Of a stretch of DNA of 64,000 nucleotides, positions 23,601 through 50,887 are shown piece after piece. The first letter of the stretch is position 1. Each line of letters opens with the position of its first letter. The notes under the pieces were generated by a model that saw only the letters and a list, made by a program, of their open reading frames with translations, was not told the origin of the DNA and did not search any database. The position numbers were made by a program, and so were the translations under genes. The stretch comes from an uncultured Holophagales bacterium (GTDB lineage Bacteria > Acidobacteriota > Thermoanaerobaculia > Multivoradales > UBA5704): the NCBI GenBank assembly GCA_963842525.1, contig CAWJGT010000003.1, forward strand, positions 416,001-480,000. Direction: 5' to 3'.

Positions 23601-26600
23601 TCGACGCCCTGCCGCGGACGCCGAATGGCAAGGTGGACCGCCGTGCCCTGCCGGCGCCGGAACGGCCGGGCTCCGGAGTAGGATTGCGGTCGCCGCGCAC
23701 GCCCACGGAGGAGATCCTGGCCGGCATCTGGGAGGCGGTGCTCGGGCGCCCCGGCGTTGGCGTCGACGAGAATTTCTTCGCCGTGGGCGGGCACTCGCTG
23801 CTGGCCGCGCAGGTGGTCGCGCGGGTGCGCGAGCATTTCGGTGTCGAGCTGCCTGTGGCCCGCGTCTTCGAGGCCCCGACGGTGGAGGCTCAGGCGCGGG
23901 AGATCGCCGTCGCGTCGGCTCCGGACGCGCCGCCTCTGCGCCCGCTGGCGCGCCGGCCGGGCGGCGGCGAGCGCTGGCCTCTCTCCTTCGCCCAGGAAGG
24001 GCTGTGGTTCCTCGCTCAGCTCGATCCGGCGAGCACGAGCTACAACCTCTCGCATGCCGTCGAGGCCGTGGGCGATCTCGACCTGCGCAGTCTGCGGCGG
24101 GCTCTGGCCGCCTTGGTGGAGCGCCACGAGGTGCTGCGTACCACCTTCGGTGTGGAGGAGGGGCGCGGCTTTCAACAGCCCGGGCCTCCATGGGCCCCGG
24201 ACCTGCCGCTCGTCGACCTGCAGGGGCTGGCGCCGGACCGGCGCGACAGAGAGGTCCAGCGGCTCACCGCCGCCGAGGCACAGCGTCCGTTCGATCTGAC
24301 CCGCGGGCCGCTGCTGCGCACGGCGGTGCTGCGCCTCGGCGCTGCCGAGCACGTCGTCCTCCTCGCCATCCACCACATCGTCGCCGACGGATGGTCGATG
24401 GGCCTCCTGGTGCGCGACCTCGCCGAGCTCTATCAGGGCCTGCGCGAAGCGCGGGCGCCGCGGCTCCCCGCGCTGCCGGTGCAGTACGCCGACTATGCGG
24501 CCTGGCAGCGCTCGTGGCTCTCCGGCACTGCTCTGGAACGGCGGCTTGCCTTCTGGCGCGAAGAGCTCGCCGGCGCGCCGGTCGTGCTCGAGCTGCCGGC
24601 CGACCACCCCCGGCCGGCGTCCGGCTCGCACCGCGGCGGACGGCGCCCGGTGCACCTTGGCGAGCCCCTGAGGCGGGGCCTTCGCCAACTCGCCCAGGGA
24701 TCGGGCGCCACTCTGTTCATGGCGCTTGCCGCCGGTTTCGCGGCGCTGCTCGCACGCCACGCCAACCGCGACGACCTGTTGCTCGGAGCGGTGACGGCGC
24801 AGCGCGACCGCTTCGGGACCGACGAGGTGATCGGCCTGTTCGCCAACACGCTGGTGCTGCGAGCGGACCTCTCCGGCCAGCCGAGCTTCCGCGAGCTGCT
24901 CAGGCGCGTGCGGCGGACCGCGCTGGCCGCCCTGAGCCACGGCGACGTGCCGTTCGAGAAGCTGGTCGAGGAGCTACGGCCCGAGCGCGACCTGGCCCAC
25001 TCCCCCCTGGTCCAGGTGGTGACGGTGCTCCAGAACCTGCCGGTCGGCGCGGCGCAACTGCCGGGCCTCGATCTGCGCCCTCTGGACGCCGGGGTCGCGA
25101 CGGCCAAGTTCGACCTCACCCTGGGCCTGGTGGAGGCGGGAGGCGAGGTCGCGGGCGCCCTGGAGCACAGCCGTGACCTCTTCGAGCCGGCGACGGTCGA
25201 GCGACTGATCGGACACCTGGTCAATCTGCTGGGCGCGGCGGTCGCGGACCCCTCTCGCGGGATTTGGGATCTCCCCCTGCTTGCCGCGGCGGAACGCCAG
25301 CAGCTCCTCCTGGAGTGGAATGCTCCGGCCTCCGTGGGCGGCCCGGAGGCCCTCCTGCACGAGCTGTTTGCCGCTCGGGTGGACCGCGATCCGGAGGCCG
25401 TGGCGGTCTTGTGTGCGGCGGAGCGCTTGAGCTACCGGGAGCTGGAAGAGCGTGCCAACCGGCTGGCGGGCTACCTGCGCAGGCTCATCGGCGCCGGCGA
25501 CCTGGTCGGCCTGTACCTGGACCGCTCGCTGGAGCTGCCTGTCGCCGTGCTCGCGGTGCTCAAGGCCGGCGGCGCCTACGTGCCGCTCGATCCGGCTTAT
25601 CCGAGGGAACGGCTGGCCACCGTGCTGGAGGACGCCGGAGTCTCCGTGCTGCTCACCCGGTCGGACCTGCGGCAGCACCTGCCGGAGACGCCGGCGCGGG
25701 TGATCGACCTCGACGCCGAAAGGGAGGCCATCGCACGTCAGCCGGCGGTGCGGCCCGCGGTTTTGGTGCCGGACGGGAGCCCGGCCTACGTGATCTACAC
25801 CTCCGGCTCGACCGGCCACCCGAAGGGATGCCTGATCAGCCATCGCAACGTGGCACGCCTGTTCGCGGCAACCGCCGGGCGGTTCGGATTCGATGCGCAC
25901 GACGTCTGGACGCTGTTCCACTCCTACGCCTTCGACTTCTCGGTCTGGGAGCTCTGGGGAGCCTTCCTCCACGGCGGCCGTCTGGTGATCGTGCCGTATT
26001 GGGTCAGCCGCTCGCCGGATGCTTTCTACGAGCTGCTGGCTAGGGAAGGGGTGACGGTGCTCAACCAGACCCCCTCGGCGTTCCGCCAGCTCGTCCAAGC
26101 CGCAGAGCAGGCGGCATCCGCGCAGCGGACAGCCCTGCGCCTGCGCTGGGTGATTTTCGGCGGAGAGGCGCTGGACCTCGCTGGTCTCGCCCCCTGGCTG
26201 GCCCGCCATGGCGATGCGGCTCCGGCCCTGATCAACATGTATGGCATCACGGAGACCACCGTGCATGTCACCTTCCGCCGTGTGGCCGCGGCCGACCTCG
26301 CGCAGGCACACCGGAGCCCGCTCGGCACCGCCCTGGCGGACCTGAGCCTCGACCTGCTCGATCCGTTCCTCCATCTTGTTCCGATTGGAGCGCCGGGGGA
26401 GATGTACATCGGAGGAGCCGGCGTCGCTCTGGGTTACCTGGGCCGGCCCGAGCTGACCGCCGAGAGGTTCGTCCCCGATCCCTTCGGCCGCACGCCCGGG
26501 GCTCGGCTCTATCGATCGGGGGACCTGGCGCGCTACCGGCCCGACGGGGACCTCGACTTCCTGGGGCGCATCGATCAGCAGGTGAAGGTCCGCGGCTTCC

Positions 26601-29600
26601 GGATCGAGCTGGGGGAGGTCGAGGCGGCCTGCGCCAACCATCCGGCGGTAGGGGAGGTCGCGGTCGCGGCGCGCCGGGAAGGTCCCGAGCGCATGCTGCT
26701 CGTCGCCTACCTGGTGCCGGCGGCGGGGCGGGAGCTCGCCGTCGCCGAGCTGCGCCGGTTCCTGCTCGATCGCCTGCCAGACTACATGGTGCCCGCGGCC
26801 TTCGTTCTTCTCGACCGGCTGCCGCGGACTCCCAGCGGCAAGCTGGACCGTAAGTCGCTGCCCGACCCGCGTCAGGAGCCGCAGCCGCTGGCTGCCGACA
26901 CCTCGCCGCGCCAGCCGGCGGAAGCGTTGCTGGCTGCGATCTGGGCCGATCTGCTGGGTATTCCGCAGCCGGGGATCCACGACAACTTCTTCGAGCTCGG
27001 AGGCGACTCGATCGTCGCTATCCAGGTGGTCGCCCGCGCGAGCCGTGCAGGGCTTTCTTTGACGCCCAGACAACTGTTCGAACGCCAGACGATCGCCGAG
27101 CTGGCGGCGGTCGCAGGGTCGGCGAGGCCGGTGACCGCCGAGCAGGGTCCGGTGACCGGAGAAGTGCCTCTGACGCCAATCCAGCAGCGCTTCTTCGCCG
27201 GCGATCCCGCCGATCCGCACCACCACAACCAGGCCTTGCTGCTGGCGGTGCGGACCCGGCCCGACGCCGCGCGGCTGGAGACCGCAATTGCGACTCTGCT
27301 CGTCCATCACGATGCCCTGCGCCTGCGGTTTCACAACACGGAGGATGGCTGGCGGCAATGTGCGGTCGAGCCGGACGGCCGCGCGCCCTGGACGTGGATC
27401 GACCTTGCGGCTCTGCCGGAGCCGGCGTTCCGGGGCATGATCGAAGGCGCGTGCGCCGCCGCGCAGGCGAACTTCGACCTCACCGCGGGCCCCCTGCTGC
27501 GCGCGATGCTGTTCGATCTCGGCGAGGATCGTCCGGGCCGCCTGCTGCTCGCCGCCCACCACCTGGTGGTCGACGGCGTCTCGTGGCGCATCCTCCTCGA
27601 AGATCTGCAAGCCGCTTACGAGCAGGCCGGCTCTCGGCAGCCCGTTCGATTACCGACGAAGACGACCTCGTACAAGCGATGGGCCGAGAATCTCGCCGGG
27701 GAGGCGCGGTCCGGGGCGCTTCGGGAGCTCGCGGCGTGGACGGCCGCTCTGCCCGGCCTTGCGCCGCCCCTGCCGCTCGACGATCCGGCCGCGCCCGATG
27801 TCGAGGCAGGGTCCGCGCAGGTCCTGACGACCCTGACGGAGGAGGAGACCGAAGCCCTGCTGCGCGGCACGCTCGCCGGCTTCCGCAGCGGCATCCAGGA
27901 GGTGTTGGTGACCTGCGTCGCGCTGGCCCTGGCCGGCTGGACCGGCTCGCGCCGGGTGCTCCTCGACCTCGAGGGGCACGGCCGCGAGGAGTTGGAGAAG
28001 GAGATGGACCTGTCGCGTACCGTCGGCTGGTTCACCGCGATCTACCCGGTGGAGCTCGACTTGGGCGCGGCGGTCGACCCGCTCGCGGCACTGAAGCGGG
28101 TCAAGGAGCAGCTCCGCGCCGTGCCGCGCGGCGGCGTGGGCTACGGTCTGTTGCGTTTCCTGGCCGGCGAGGCTGCGGCCGGGCTGCCGCGCCGCGGCCC
28201 CGAGATCGCCTTCAACTACCTGGGGCAGCTCGACCGCGCCCTCGACACGGATGCGCTGCTCCAGCCGGCTCGGGAATCGGCCGGCCCCCCGCGCAGCCAG
28301 CGGCAGCGGCGGTCTCACCGGCTTGTGCTCGACAGCAGCGTCTCCGGCGGGCGGCTGCAGATGGCATGGACTTTTGGGGCTGGCCACCGCCGCGCCACGA
28401 TCGAGCGCGTGGCCGCGGAGAGCCTGCGCTTCCTGCAAGCCGTGATCGAGCTGGGGCGCGCGACGGAAACCGCCGCCTTCACCCCCTCGGACTTCCCGCT
28501 AGCGCGCCTCGACCAGCGTACGGTGGACCTGCTGGCGGGGAACGATCGCGACATTGAGGACATCTATCCCCTTGCGCCGGCCCAGCAGGGGTTGCTGTTT
28601 CATGCCGTTTCGGCGCCGCAGTCCGGCGCCTATGTCTACCAGATGGCCTGCCGTCTCGAAGGGGCGCTCGACGAGGAGTCCTTCGCCCACGCCTGGCAGG
28701 AGGTGGTGGCCCGCCACGCGGTGCTGCGCACCGGCTTCTCCTGGCAGGCCGCCGACGAGCCGTTGCAGGTCGTGCGTCGGCGGGTCGCAGCGCCGGTCGA
28801 GCGGCTCGACTGGAGCGGCGCCCCGGCGGCCGAGCAACCGGCGAGATTGGACGGCCTTCTCGCCGAGGATCGCCGCCGCGGCTTCGATCCGGCACGGCCG
28901 CCCCTGGCACGCCTGGCGCTGGCGCGGATTGGGGAGGGGAGCTGCTGGCTGGTCTGGACCTGCCATCACCTGGTGATCGACGGCTGGTCGGTGCCGGTCC
29001 TGGTCCGTGAGGTCCTCGCTCTCTGCGGCGCCTTCGCCGAGGGCCGTCCGGCGGCGCTCGACCGCGTCCGGCCTTATCGTGACTTCATCGCCTGGCTTGC
29101 GGACCAGGATCCCTCCGCGGCCGAGGGCTATTGGCGGCAGCGCCTGGCCGGCTTCCGCCGGCCGGTACAGATCGGGTCGGATTCAGCAGCCGGCCGGTCT
29201 GGCGGTACGACCGCGCATCTCGCCTCCGTGCCGGCCGGCTTGAGCTGCGCGCTGGAAGAGCTCGGGCGGCGGCATCGCCTCACTCTCGCCACACTGCTGC
29301 AGGGAGCCTGGGCCCTGCTCCTCTCCGACCTGGGTGGCACGCTGGACGTGGTCTTCGGCGGCGTGGTCTCGGGCCGTCCGCCGGAGCTGTCCGGCAGCGG
29401 AGACATGGTGGGCATGTTCATCAACACGCTGCCGGTGCGGGCCCAGGTCGACCTGCAGGCGGCTCTGCTGCCCTGGCTCGCCGAGCTGCAGGAGCGGCAG
29501 CTCGCGGCGCAGTCGTACGCCCACGTGCCGCTCGCCGAGATCCGGCGGTGGAGCGAGGTCCCTTCCGGGCTGCCCCTGTTCGAGAGCACTTTCGCGTTCA

Positions 29601-29946
29601 ACAACTACCCGGCCGGCGGTCCGTTAACGCGTTCAGGCGGCAGTATGGCGATCGCCGAGGTGCGCGAGCTGGAGGCTACGAGCTATGCCCTCGACCTCAC
29701 CGTGGCCGCCACCGGCGGCGAGCTGTCGCTGCGGATCATGTACGACCGCAGCCGCTTCGGCGGTGAAGAGATCCAGGAGCTGGTTGGCTCGCTCCTGGCC
29801 CTGCTCGCCGCGATGACCGAGCGGCCGGAAGGGCGGCTCAGCGACTGCCTCGCCGCTCTCGCGCAACGCCGCCCGAGCGAGCTGGCCGTGCATCGTTTCA
29901 AAGCGGTCAAGCCCAAGGCCGTCACCTTGCTGGAAGAGGAGGCGAG

Positions 29947-29950
<4 letters not shown>
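17650..29950 (+). CDS. NRPS: I(interface)-A(Asn)-T-C-A(Gly)-T-C-A(Thr)-T-E-C(DCL), with an apparent +1 frameshift at ~18819
   Basis: The N-terminal C-like domain has GYRLSPQQKRLW and LPALCADG in place of HHxxxDG. Homology moves from ORF 17650..19554 to ORF 18749..29950 at gcc gag ctt c tgg ttc gac. A codes: DLTKVGEVGK (Asn), DILQLGLVWK (Gly), DFWNIGMVHK (Thr). T GGDSI precedes E (HHLVVDGVSW, EGHGRE, RTVGWFT). The terminal C has IYPLAPAQQGLLFH and HHLVIDGWS. Confidence 0.9.
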
Positions 29951-37644
<7,694 letters not shown>

Positions 37645-37653
37645 GGAGCACCG

Positions 37654-43368
<5,715 letters not shown>

Positions 43369-46300
43369 CCTGGAGGATGCCTACCCCCTCGCGCCGCTGC
43401 AGGAGGGGATGCTGTTCCACACCCTCTACGATCCCGCAGCGGGGGTGTACGTGGAGCAGCTCAGCTTCCTGCTCCGCGATCGCGAGCCCTTCGATACCGA
43501 GGCCTTCCGGCGGGCCGCTCAGCGCGTGGTCGAGCGGCACCCGGTGCTGCGGACGGCCTTCACCTGGAAGCGGCGCAAGCGGCCTCTGCAGGTGGTCCGC
43601 CGACGGGTGGAGCTGCCCTTTCTGGAAGAGGACTGGAGCGGCCTGCCGACCGCCGAATGCGATGGACGGTGGCAGCACCTCGTGGCCGACGACCGCCGGC
43701 GCGGGTTCGATCCGTCCCGGGCGCCGCTCGCCCGGGTGACCCTGGTGCGGCTGTCGGCAGGCGAGCACCGCTGCCTGCTCAGCTACCACCATCTGCTGAT
43801 GGACGCCTGGTCCCTGCCGCTCGTCCTCCGCGAGCTGCTGGCCTTCTACGACGCCTTCCGCAGCGGGAACGACCTCGAGCTGCCGCTGCCACGCCCCTAC
43901 CGCAACTACATCGCCTGGCTGGAGCGCCAGGACGCCGCGCGAGCCGAGGGCTTCTGGCGGCAGCGGCTCCGCGGGATCACAGCGCCGACTCCTCTCGGTG
44001 TGGACCGTCCGGCCGGAGCAGGGGGCGGCCGCTACGAACGGCGCGCGCTCGCCCTGCCGCAGGAAACCACGGAGGCGCTGGAGGCCTTCGCGCGGAGCCG
44101 GCGGCTCACCCTGGGGAGCCTGGCCCGGGGGGCCTGGGCTCTGCTGCTCGGGCGCTACAGCGGCGAGCGGGACGTGGTTTTCGGGGTCACCGTCTCGGGC
44201 CGCCCCGACGAGCTGCCCGGGGTCGAGCTCATGGTCGGCCTGTTCATCAACACCCTGCCGTTTCGCATCGACCTGCCGCCCACCGAGCGGCTGGCGCCCT
44301 GGCTCCAGCGGGTCCAGGAGCGGCAGTTGGAGCTGCGCGAGCACGAGCACACCCCCCTGGTGGCGATCCAGGGCTGGAGCGAGGTGCCGCGCCATCTCCC
44401 CCTCTTCGAGAGCATTCTGGTCTTCGAGAACGCGCCGGAGCCGTCCGGCGGGGCTGCCGGAGGGAGCCTCGAAGTGCCGGACGCGACTTATGCGCCACAG
44501 TCCAACTACCCGCTGAGCCTGATGATCGTGCCCGGCCGGCGGCTGTCCCTGCGAGCGCTCTCGGCCTCGGAGCGGCTCGACGGTCCGACCGCCTCGCGGC
44601 TGCTCGGACATTTCGCGGCCCTGCTGAGCGGCATGACGGCCGCTCCGGACTGCGTGCTGGCGGACCTGCCGCTGCTGACACCGGCCGAGCGCCACCAACT
44701 CGTCGCCGAGTGGAACGACACCGCCGCCGCCTACGACCGCGAAGCCCTGATCCATGCCCTGGTGGCCGCCCGCGCCGCAGCCGATCCCGCAGCCCCTGCG
44801 GTGCTCGGCGAAGGCGGGGAGCTGTCCCATGGCGAGCTCGACCGCCGTGCCAACCGGCTCGCGCACCTGCTCGTCGACCTCGGGGTCGGACCGGGCGTGC
44901 TGGTCGGGATCGACCTCCACCGCTCGGTCGAGATGGTCGTCGCCGTCCTCGGCGTGCTCAAGGCGGGCGGCGCGTACGTCCCGCTCGACGTCGCGCTGCC
45001 CACGGCGCGGGCGGCGCGGATCGTCAACGCGCTCGGGGTCCGCCACCTGGTGACCGAGAGCCGCCGTGGCGCGGCCCTCGCCGGCCTTGCCGCCGCGGCG
45101 CCAAGCCTGCGGCACGCGGTGCTGCTGGAGACCCCCGGCAGCTGGATCGAAGCCTGCGGCGAGGTGCGCCTGTGGACGGACCGGGACCTCGCGCGGCAGC
45201 CGGACGGCGACCCCGGACCGCGGGCCACCGCCGGCGACGTGGCCTATGTGATCTTCACCTCCGGCTCGACCGGCGTGCCCAAGGGCGTGGTCGTCCGCCA
45301 CCGGCCGGTCGTCAACCTGATCGAATGGGTCAACCGCACCTTCAGGGTCGGACCGGCCGACCGGGTGCTGTTCATCACCTCTCTCGGGTTCGACCTCTCG
45401 GTGTACGACGTCTTCGGCCTGCTCGCCGCCGGGGGGAGCGTCCGGGTTGCCGGCGACGACGATCTGGGCGAGCCGGCGCGGCTGCTCGAGATGCTCCACC
45501 GCGAGCCGATCACATTCTGGGACTCGGCGCCCGCGGCGCTGCAACAGCTCGTCCCCTTCTTTGACGCCGCCGAGCCCCGCCCCGGCCGCCTGCGCCTGGT
45601 CTTCCTGAGCGGCGACTGGGTCCCGGTGAATCTGCCAGGGCTGGTCGAGAGCGAGTTTCCGGGCGTCGAGGTCGTCGCGCTGGGCGGAGCCACCGAGGCG
45701 ACGGTCTGGTCGAACTTCCACATTGTCCGGGAGGTCCCTCCGGGCGCGACCAGCATTCCGTACGGCCGCCCGATCCGGAACGCGCGTTATCACGTGCTCG
45801 ACGCCTCGCTCATACCCTGTCCCATCGGCGTCGCCGGGGATCTCTACATCGGCGGCGAGTGCCTCGCTGCGGGATACGCCCGCGAGCCCGTGCAGACCGC
45901 CGAGCGGTTCATCCCCGACGGCTTCGCAGCCGGCGGCACGGTCCTCTACCGGACCGGCGATCGCGCTCGCCGCTTTGCCGACGGGAGCCTCGAGTTCCTG
46001 GGACGCGTCGACCAGCAGGTCAAGATCCGCGGCTTCCGGGTCGAGGCCGGGGAGGTCGAGGCGGCGCTGCTCGAGCATCCGGACGTCCGCCATGCGGTGG
46101 TGACCGCGCGTGGCGCCGGCGGCGAGAAGCGCCTGGCGGCCTATGTGGTGCCGCAGCCGGAGACCGAGTTGGACGTCCAGACGCTGCGCGATCACCTGGC
46201 GCAGCGGCTGCCCGCCTACATGGTCCCGGGGACGTTCGTCCCGCTCGCGGCGCTGCCGGTCACCGCCAATGGCAAGCTCGACCGGGCCGCTCTCCCCGAT

Positions 46301-47360
46301 CCGGAGCGTCCGCAGCCGGCGGCAGGATACGCGCCGCCGAGAAGCTCCCGCGAGCTGCGCCTCGTCCAGATCTGGGAGGAGCTGTTCGGCATCCATCCGA
46401 TCGGCGTCCGCGACGACTTCTTCGAGCTGGGGGGCCATTCGCTGCTCGCGGTGCGCCTGCTGGCCGAGATCCAGAGCCGCTTCGACTGCGACCTGCCTTT
46501 GCGGACCCTGCTCGCGGAGGCGACCGTCGAAGGGCTCGCGCGGCGGCTGGCCGGTGTTGCGGCCAACGCATGGTCTCCGCTCGTGGCGCTGCAGCCGAGA
46601 GGCTCACGCCCCCCGCTGTTCTGCATCCACTCCGGCGGCGGCGGCGTGCTGAGCTACGTCGGCCTCGCCCGGCATCTCGGCGAGGACCAGCCGGTCTATG
46701 CCCTGGAGGCGCGCGGCCTAGAAGCCGGCCAGGAGCCGCTCGCTACGGTCGCGGAGATGGCGGACCTCTACCTGGAGGCGCTCCGCGGCCTGCGCCCCGC
46801 GGGACCCTATTGTCTTGCCGGCTGGTCCTTCGGCGGCTATGTGGCCTACGACATGGCGCAGCGGATCCGCGCCTCCGGCGGCGAGGTCGCGGTGCTGGCG
46901 CTGCTCGACACCGCCGTCTGGCGGTGGGGCACGCGCCAGGACGCCGAGTTGCTGGCGGATCTGCTCGGCGAAAGGTTCCCGGGGCTGGAGCTGGACGAGA
47001 TGCAGCGCTGCGGGAGCCGCGACGAGCTGCTCGCCCACCTGGTACGGCGGGCGAAGGAGCTGGCGCTGGTACCGCCGGGGTTCGAGGTCGAGCAGGCGCG
47101 CCGGATGTTCGCCGTCCACCGCCGGCACCACGACGCTGCCGCGGCCTACACACCGGCGCCCTATCCCGGCAGGCTTACGCTGGTGCGCGGCCGCGGCGGC
47201 TGGCCGGAGTGGGCCGAGGACCGGAGCCTTGGATGGGGGGATCTGGCGCTCGGCGGCGTCGAGATCCTCGAGGTCTCCGGCGGTCACACCAACCTGCTCG
47301 ATCCGCCGCACGACCGGGAGGTCGCGGCGCGCCTCCGGCAGTGCCTCGACCGGCTCTCCC

Positions 47361-49754
47361 TCAATCCGCCTTGAGCGCCACCGTCGGGCTGACCCGGCTG
47401 GCGCGCAGAGACGGCAGATAGCTGCCCGCCAGTGCGCCCGCCAGCAGGAGGAGCGGGATGAGCGTGAAGGTGAGCGGATCCCGCGAGCTGACCTCGAAGA
47501 GGAGGCTCGCCATCAGCCGCGTGGTCCACAGGGCGGCGGCGAGGCCGAGCACCACGCCGAGCAGGGCGAGCAGGAAGCTGCGCCGCAGTGTCCAACGGAC
47601 GATCTGGCCACGCCGCGCTCCCAGAGCCATGCGGATGCCGATCTCGTGGACCTTGTTGCGCACCGCATAGGACATCACGCCGTAGACACCGATGACGCCG
47701 AGCAACAGGGCGACGCCGGCAAAGCCGGCGAGCAGGGACATGATCACCCGCGGCTGGGCGGCCGATTCGTAGAGCACCTGCTCCATCGAGCGGACCTTGA
47801 AGACCGGCACGCCCTTGTCCACCTCCCAGATCTCCTGGGACGCCGCGCGGGCCACGCGCATCGGGTCGGACCGTGTGCGCAGGAGCAGGCTCATGGTGAG
47901 GTTTCTCCCCACCTGGCCGTAGGGCCGGTACATGACCGGCGCGGGCTCCACACCGAGGCTCTCGTAGCGGCTGTCGCCGACGATTCCCACCACCGTCGCC
48001 CACTCCTCGCCCCCCTCGATCCTGTTGCGGATGCGCTTGCCGAGCGGGCTCTCGCCGGGGAAGAGCTGGCGGGCCATCGCCTCGTTGATGACGGCGGCGG
48101 GCGGCGCGCCGGCCCGGTCGCTCGCGTCGAAGAGCCGGCCCGCCGCCGGCCGCAGGCCCAGGGTCTTGAAATAGCCGGGCGTGACCACCCGCCAGTTGAC
48201 GACCGGAGGGGTCTCGCCGGGTGCCGGCCGGTCCTCGATGGTGAGCCCTCCCCGCCAGCCGCTGCCGGTCATGGGCAGGAAATGGATGGCTCCCGCGGAC
48301 TCCACCTCGGGGAGCGCGGCGAGCTTCTCCAGCGTCTGCTGGTAGAAGACCTCGCGCTGCGCGGCCTCGGCGTAGCGGCTGTCGGGCAGCACCAGGCGGA
48401 GGGTCAGCATGTTCTCCGGATCGAAGCCGATTTCCACGTGCTGGAGTCGCCAGAAGCTCTTGACCAGCAGACCGGCCCAGATCAGCAGGACCAGTGCGAG
48501 AGCCATCTCCGCCACGACGAGAGCGCCGTGGAGGCGGCCGCCTCGCACGCCGCCGGCAGTGCTCGCGGAGCCCTCTTTCAGGGTCTCCTGGAGGTCCGTC
48601 TTGCGGGCCTGGAGGACGGGCGCCAGGCCGAACAGAAAGCCGGTCGCGATCGAGATGGCGAACGTGAACACGAGCACCGGCAGGTCGACGCCGATCTCGT
48701 GCGTCCGCGGCATGCCCTCGGGCAGGAGGGCGACCAGCACGCGGACGGCCCAGAAGGCCAGGAGGAGGCCGAGCCCGCCACCGACCAGGGCGAGCACCAC
48801 GTTCTCGGTGAGGATCTGGCGCACCAACCGGCGGTAGCTCGCTCCGAGCGCGATCCGGACCGCGATCTCGCGGCGGCGGTTGACCGCCTGCGCCAAGGCA
48901 AGGTTGGCCACGTTGGCGCAGGCGATGAGCAGGATGAAGCCGACCGCGCCGAGCAGGGTCCAGAAGACAGGCCGCATGTTTCCCACCATCTGATCGAGCA
49001 GCGGGACCACCGAGGCGTCGGCGCCGAAGTCCTCGGGCAGGGAGAAGCGCTCCCGCATGCGCGCCGCGGCAAGCCGCACCTCGCTCTGCGCCTTGTCCGG
49101 AGTGACGCCGTCCGCCAGCCGTCCCACCGCCAGGAGGTAGGTCCCGTGATAATCCTCGGCGTCGCTGGGATCGAAGGTGAGCGGCAGCCACAGCGCGGCG
49201 TCGATGGGCAGGAACCTGAAGCGGGGCGGCAGGACGCCGATCACGCGGACGGACCTGCCGTCGACGAGGAGGGTCTTGCCGAGGATCTGCGGATCCGCCG
49301 CGAAGCGGCGCTGCCAGAGCTCATGGCTCAGGAGCACTACGTTGCCCCGCCCCGGCTGCTCCTCCTCGGGCAGGAACGTCCTGCCGAGCACGGGCTTGAT
49401 CCCCAGGGTAGGGAAGAACGAGGCCCCCACCGACATGCCGTCCAGCATCTCCGGCGTGCCATCGCCGGTCAGGGTGAAGCCTCCTCCCGCGCCACTGAAG
49501 GCGGCGAGATTCGCGAACGACTTCACCTGCCCGGCGAAGAAGGAGTACTCCTCCTTGGAGAACCACTTCTCGGGGAAGACGCCGACCAGGCGCTCGGGAT
49601 CGGCGTAGGGCAGCGGACGCAGCACCACCGCATTGACGACGCTGAAGATCGCGCTGTTGGCTCCGATCCCCACGGCGAGCGTGATCACCGCCACCACCGT
49701 GAAGCCCAGGCGCTTGTACAGGATCCGCACCGCCTGCTTCAGGTCCTGCTCCAT
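47361..49754 (-). CDS. MacB/FtsX-like duplicated ABC permease (ADOP type, acidobacterial duplicated orphan permease)
   Basis: 797 aa. N-terminus [12 protein letters not shown]...[34 protein letters not shown]. Two permease halves with [11 protein letters not shown]...[10 protein letters not shown] and [10 protein letters not shown]. Strong RBS (AGGAGGGAGGAG). Confidence 0.92.
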   Translation of the reverse strand: MEQDLKQAVRILYKRLGFTVVAVITLAVGIGANSAIFSVVNAVVLRPLPYADPERLVGVFPEKWFSKEEYSFFAGQVKSFANLAAFSGAGGGFTLTGDGTPEMLDGMSVGASFFPTLGIKPVLGRTFLPEEEQPGRGNVVLLSHELWQRRFAADPQILGKTLLVDGRSVRVIGVLPPRFRFLPIDAALWLPLTFDPSDAEDYHGTYLLAVGRLADGVTPDKAQSEVRLAAARMRERFSLPEDFGADASVVPLLDQMVGNMRPVFWTLLGAVGFILLIACANVANLALAQAVNRRREIAVRIALGASYRRLVRQILTENVVLALVGGGLGLLLAFWAVRVLVALLPEGMPRTHEIGVDLPVLVFTFAISIATGFLFGLAPVLQARKTDLQETLKEGSASTAGGVRGGRLHGALVVAEMALALVLLIWAGLLVKSFWRLQHVEIGFDPENMLTLRLVLPDSRYAEAAQREVFYQQTLEKLAALPEVESAGAIHFLPMTGSGWRGGLTIEDRPAPGETPPVVNWRVVTPGYFKTLGLRPAAGRLFDASDRAGAPPAAVINEAMARQLFPGESPLGKRIRNRIEGGEEWATVVGIVGDSRYESLGVEPAPVMYRPYGQVGRNLTMSLLLRTRSDPMRVARAASQEIWEVDKGVPVFKVRSMEQVLYESAAQPRVIMSLLAGFAGVALLLGVIGVYGVMSYAVRNKVHEIGIRMALGARRGQIVRWTLRRSFLLALLGVVLGLAAALWTTRLMASLLFEVSSRDPLTFTLIPLLLLAGALAGSYLPSLRASRVSPTVALKAD

Positions 49755-49795
49755 CGGCTCCTCCCTCCTGACGTCGTCATGGTCCTTTGCGGCCC

Positions 49796-50887
49796 TCAGC
49801 GGTCGCCGCCGTTGTGGATGCCGAGGACCTCTTCGAAGAATTCGAGCGCCCGGGGGTCTTTCGACCGGCCCAGCCAGAAGACCGCTTCCTTGCGCAGGGC
49901 AGCGTCCGGATGTGTGCGGGCGACCCGGATCAGGCGCGGCACCGCCTCGGCGGCCGGCAGCTTGCTGAGCGCGAAGATCGCCTGCTTGCGGACCTCCAGC
50001 TCCTCATCGCTCGTGGCCGCCGATTCGATGGTGGCTCCCGCCTTCTTCCCGGCCTTGTGCGCCAGCCAGAACAGGGCCTGGCCGCGGACGTACGAGCTGT
50101 CATCGCCCCGCGCCACCTGGGTCAGCAGCTCCAAGGCTTCGGGCTCCTTGCTGGCCGACAGCCCGAACACCGCACGCTCCCGGATCCTGGGGCTGGGGTC
50201 GTCCTGCACGAGGCGGCGCAGGACCTTCAATCCTTCAGCCCCCCGCGCCTCCCCGAGCCAGAAGGGCACCCGCTTGCGCAGGTCGTTGGGCCGGCCCGGT
50301 GCCGCGAGGTCGGCGAGATGGCGGTCGGCGGCCGGATCGGCGTGACGGGCCATGGCCCCGAGGGTCGCATGGCTGGCCTGCCCGAGCCCACGACCCGCGA
50401 AATCGAGCACCAGGGCCGAGAGGGTGTCGAGGCTTGCCGCCGGAGCGACGCCGGTCAACCACACGACGGGCATCCCCCCGGCGTCGACCTCGCAATTATC
50501 CGAGAACATGCGGACGAAATCGAAGCCGCCGCCGGCGGCCCGCAGATAGACGATGAGATCAGCCGGCGTGCCCGGGCAGCCCGGGCTGGGCCCGTCGGAC
50601 AGAGCCGTGACGTCCTGGCCGCGGAGCAGGCAGCGTGTGCAGCGGCCGTTCGCGGCATGGCAGCAGATCCAGGAGCGGTCGACCTTGATGGGGACGGAGT
50701 AGGCGATCCACCCCGTTCCGATCTCGCGGGCGAGGGCGCGCACCTGCCGGGTCAAATCCGGCGCGGCGACGACCGTGCGGCGCTGCGCGGCCACGAGCCG
50801 CGGCTCGACCGCACGCGCCGCGGGCGATACGGCGGTCCACGCGAGGAGCAGCGCCAACAGCAGCGGTCCGGAGGATCGGGCTTTCAT
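49796..50887 (-). CDS. Exported HEAT-repeat protein
   Basis: Signal peptide [18 protein letters not shown]-terminal repeats [47 protein letters not shown]-terminal Cys cluster (ICCH...CTRC). Confidence 0.85.
   Translation of the reverse strand: MKARSSGPLLLALLLAWTAVSPAARAVEPRLVAAQRRTVVAAPDLTRQVRALAREIGTGWIAYSVPIKVDRSWICCHAANGRCTRCLLRGQDVTALSDGPSPGCPGTPADLIVYLRAAGGGFDFVRMFSDNCEVDAGGMPVVWLTGVAPAASLDTLSALVLDFAGRGLGQASHATLGAMARHADPAADRHLADLAAPGRPNDLRKRVPFWLGEARGAEGLKVLRRLVQDDPSPRIRERAVFGLSASKEPEALELLTQVARGDDSSYVRGQALFWLAHKAGKKAGATIESAATSDEELEVRKQAIFALSKLPAAEAVPRLIRVARTHPDAALRKEAVFWLGRSKDPRALEFFEEVLGIHNGGDR

Noticed and set aside
46815-50345. 1176-aa plus-strand ORF
   Set aside because: Antisense shadow of the permease and HEAT genes.
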